A stretch of 64,000 bases of DNA from an uncultured archaeon (GTDB lineage Archaea; Aenigmatarchaeota; Aenigmatarchaeia; CG10238-14; SCSR01), in assembly GCA_964537835.1 (NCBI GenBank), contig CAZICS010000001.1:54275-118274 (forward strand), read 5' to 3'. Below the pieces are notes generated by a model. The model ran no database searches. It saw only the letters and a list, made by a program, of their open reading frames with translations, and was not told the origin of the DNA. Of this stretch, positions 62,231 through 64,000 are shown piece after piece (the first letter of the stretch is position 1; the number at the start of each line of letters is the position of its first letter). Position numbers and translations under genes: made by a program.

Positions 62231-63727
62231 TTAAATTTTAATTTTTAATCCTGTTTCTTCAATTTCCTTAAGCAATTCTTCTTCCCCATACCTCTTACAA
62301 GCTCTTATAGCTTCGGCAAACCATGCTTGGGTAGATGGCTTTTGCTTTTCTAGAATTTTTTCAAAATCCTTTTGGGTTAATTTTCTTTTTCTCCCTCTAA
62401 TCAAATCCAATAAATTCTTTTTCTTCGATTTTTCAACTAGTAATTTCAAATCAGCACCGCTCCATCCTTCAGTCCTTTCAGCAATCCTTTCTATCAAATC
62501 ATCAACGCTCTCTACCATTTGCGTAGCAATCAAATCTCTCATATGAATCCTTAAAATCTCTTTTCTGGCCTCGTAGTCTGGAGGAGGGACGAATATTCTT
62601 TCATCAAACCTCCCAGGCCTCCTTATAGCTGGGTCTAAAAGCCAGGGTTTGTTGGTAGCTCCTAACAGAGAAAATTTTCTTTCAGAGTTTATACCATCCA
62701 ACTGTTGCAAAAACTCATTCTTTATTCTCTCATCATAAGAAGAGCCCCCTCTTTTCATGTAAACATCCAGTTCATCGAGAAAAATTATACAATTATCCTC
62801 TTTTTCCCTTGCATAATCAAAAATCGATGAAATTACTCTAAGAGAATTTGCTGAATAGCGTTTAATTAGGTCGCTAACCCTTGGTGCTATAAACTTGCTT
62901 TTTGCTTCATTAGCTACTGCCTTAGCAAGCAAAGTTTTTCCACATCCAGGGGGACCATACAAAAGGATATTCCCGGGTTTTATGTCAAACTTTTCGTACA
63001 AACTTTTATAGAGAGTAGGATAAACTATGGAAATTCTCAACTCATTCTTAACTTCTTCCAACCCTCCTATATCTGAAAAGCTTATGCTCGGCCTTTCGCT
63101 AACTAATAATTTTTCGATTGGATTTTCTTTTTGTCGAGGTTTTAGTTCTGTATGCTGCTCTTCAAACTTTTTGTTTAAAGCCTGATAGAATTCCGAGTAT
63201 GGGTTTAAATCTAAGTACAGAATTCGATTTTGCGGCTTTGGCAATAAAATCTTGCTTAAGGTTTTTGAGTTATCTATTCGATCTAAGGCAAATTTTGCTA
63301 ACGGAAGAACTACATTATTCATTAAATCGTTCCTGATTATAACCCTATCGAGCTGATATTTTTCCAATTCTTTTTTCAATTGCTTTCCATCTATGAGCTT
63401 GATGTTATAGGTTAAAGCAAGGCTTAGAATGTTGTCGGAAAAATAAGAATTGGTTATCAAATGTGCTTCAGGGATTCTGCAATCATCTACAGCAGTCAAA
63501 AATCGAGAAAAATCGTCTAACCTTACAGGAGAGCCATTTAGAGAATACTTTGCCTCGAAAACCAAAACTTTCTTCCTATATTTTCCTTTAACGCAATATC
63601 CGTCAAACTCATGCTTTGCCCCACTCCTTCCTACCAAAGTTTTATTCAATTCTACTCTGAACCCCTTCCTCGTGTACAATTCAGCGAGCAAGACTTCAAA
63701 CTGATGAGCATAGCTCATCCTTTTCAT
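62231..63727 (-). CDS. Mrr-cat (PD-(D/E)xK restriction-endonuclease-like) N-terminal domain fused to a classic AAA+ ATPase.
   Basis: N-terminus YAHQFEVLLAELYTRKGFRVELNKTLVGRSGAKHEFDGYCVKG...VLVFEAKYS matches the Mrr_cat D...(E/Q)xK pattern. AAA domain motifs: Walker A ILLYGPPGCGKTLLAK, Walker B CIIFLDELD, second region of homology GATNKPWLLDPAIRRPGRFDERIFV. Confidence 0.75.
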   Translation of the reverse strand: MKRMSYAHQFEVLLAELYTRKGFRVELNKTLVGRSGAKHEFDGYCVKGKYRKKVLVFEAKYSLNGSPVRLDDFSRFLTAVDDCRIPEAHLITNSYFSDNILSLALTYNIKLIDGKQLKKELEKYQLDRVIIRNDLMNNVVLPLAKFALDRIDNSKTLSKILLPKPQNRILYLDLNPYSEFYQALNKKFEEQHTELKPRQKENPIEKLLVSERPSISFSDIGGLEEVKNELRISIVYPTLYKSLYEKFDIKPGNILLYGPPGCGKTLLAKAVANEAKSKFIAPRVSDLIKRYSANSLRVISSIFDYAREKEDNCIIFLDELDVYMKRGGSSYDERIKNEFLQQLDGINSERKFSLLGATNKPWLLDPAIRRPGRFDERIFVPPPDYEARKEILRIHMRDLIATQMVESVDDLIERIAERTEGWSGADLKLLVEKSKKKNLLDLIRGRKRKLTQKDFEKILEKQKPSTQAWFAEAIRACKRYGEEELLKEIEETGLKIKI

Positions 63728-63858
63728 ACCTCCTCAAAAATCTTGAAAAATTTTCCAACTTTTCTCGAACAATTTCTCCGTAGAAATTTTTTAAATTATT
63801 AAAGCTTCCGACAGGATCGACTAAGAATAAGACTAAGTTTAAAAGATGAATTTTAAGT

Positions 63859-64000
63859 TCATACTTTTTCATTTCCCATCCTCCTTAAGATCTCCTCCAA
63901 CTTTTTAGCAAAACCTTCTCTCAGCCCTCTTTCTCTAGCCTTTTTATTTTTCTCAGCATAGACTTCCCCAGCAAGGACTGAAACAGCTCCTAAGCTTAAA
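63859..64000 (-). CDS. 3' end (C-terminal 47 aa) of an upstream minus-strand gene that runs off the window; function unknown.
   Basis: Frame open from the window edge: ...LSLGAVSVLAGEVYAEKNKKAREGLREGFAKKLEEILRRMGNEKV then stop (TGA, complement of 63859..63861). Confidence 0.35.
   Translation of the reverse strand, partial: LSLGAVSVLAGEVYAEKNKKARERGLREGFAKKLEEILRRMGNEKV

Noticed and set aside
51350-63802. Short ORFs 51350..51583(+), 52393..52620(-), 53887..54165(-), 54288..54515(+), 56944..57240(-), 59296..59499(-), 60303..60572(+), 63118..63336(+), 63450..63704(+) and 63611..63802(+).
   Set aside because: Each lies antisense or out-of-frame within a longer CDS that has motif-level functional support, or has low-complexity composition. 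They are not called.
1-64000. tRNA, rRNA, CRISPR arrays, transposases or integrases.
   Set aside because: There are no cloverleaf-like conserved tRNA segments (GTTCRANYC T-loop in a plausible context). No rRNA-like conserved blocks were seen. No short regularly spaced direct repeats lie outside coding sequence. No DDE or tyrosine-recombinase motifs were recognised in any ORF.

Overview
The window is a low-GC (roughly one-third G+C by eye), lysine-codon-rich locus that looks archaeal. Supporting genes are winged-helix regulators, two UbiA prenyltransferases with a geranylgeranyl reductase, GH57 enzymes, a cupin-type PGI and a TrmB regulator. Promoters look like A/T-rich TATA boxes with leaderless starts.

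Two thirds of the window (2458..45168, minus strand) is one uninterrupted 42.7-kb ORF encoding a 14,236-aa protein. Its architecture is coherent from N to C terminus:
- cytoplasmic N-terminal winged helix-turn-helix, then a TM helix and an Asn/Ser/Thr/Glu-rich stalk;
- a mini Hint/intein-like domain (blocks A, B, F and G recognisable, Ser nucleophile, atypical C-terminus);
- about 1,250 aa of unique sequence, including a Cys/Gly-rich domain;
- about 26 tandem modules of roughly 350-400 aa with conserved motifs (GWGE.F.F.V.V.D.D, TCSDIG.W.FKFNATD, EKDDV, GNNS.VNRS, CYKD, DDCG, G.GYYNCTWDS), saturated with N-x-S/T sequons, including two DNA-level segmental duplications (about 6.2 kb with an 82-bp identical core, and about 1.1 kb);
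- C-terminal CARDB/Ig-like domains and a Pro/Ala linker;
- a second TM helix and a cytoplasmic HerA/FtsK-superfamily (DUF87/AAA_10-like) P-loop ATPase with Walker A AAGGTGSGKT and Walker B LLLVYDEVH.

The giant gene's stop overlaps by 20 nt a downstream K/E-rich coiled-coil protein carrying SHOCT-like motifs. Two further small SHOCT-like paralogs lie convergent at the window edge. Upstream is a 174-bp divergent promoter region with a perfect 16-bp palindrome plus a 10-bp palindrome, and a small winged-helix regulator gene.

The remainder holds archaeal lipid genes, then a glycogen/maltodextrin island (two GH57, a GDE, cPGI, glycogen synthase, a Zn-ribbon protein, a SAM methyltransferase, TrmB). 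After that comes a four-gene minus-strand operon led by an Mrr-cat (PD-(D/E)xK) - AAA+ fusion, a candidate defence module. No rRNA, tRNA, CRISPR or transposase was recognised. The most novel element is the giant wHTH-TM-Hint-repeat-TM-ATPase protein with its SHOCT partner genes.
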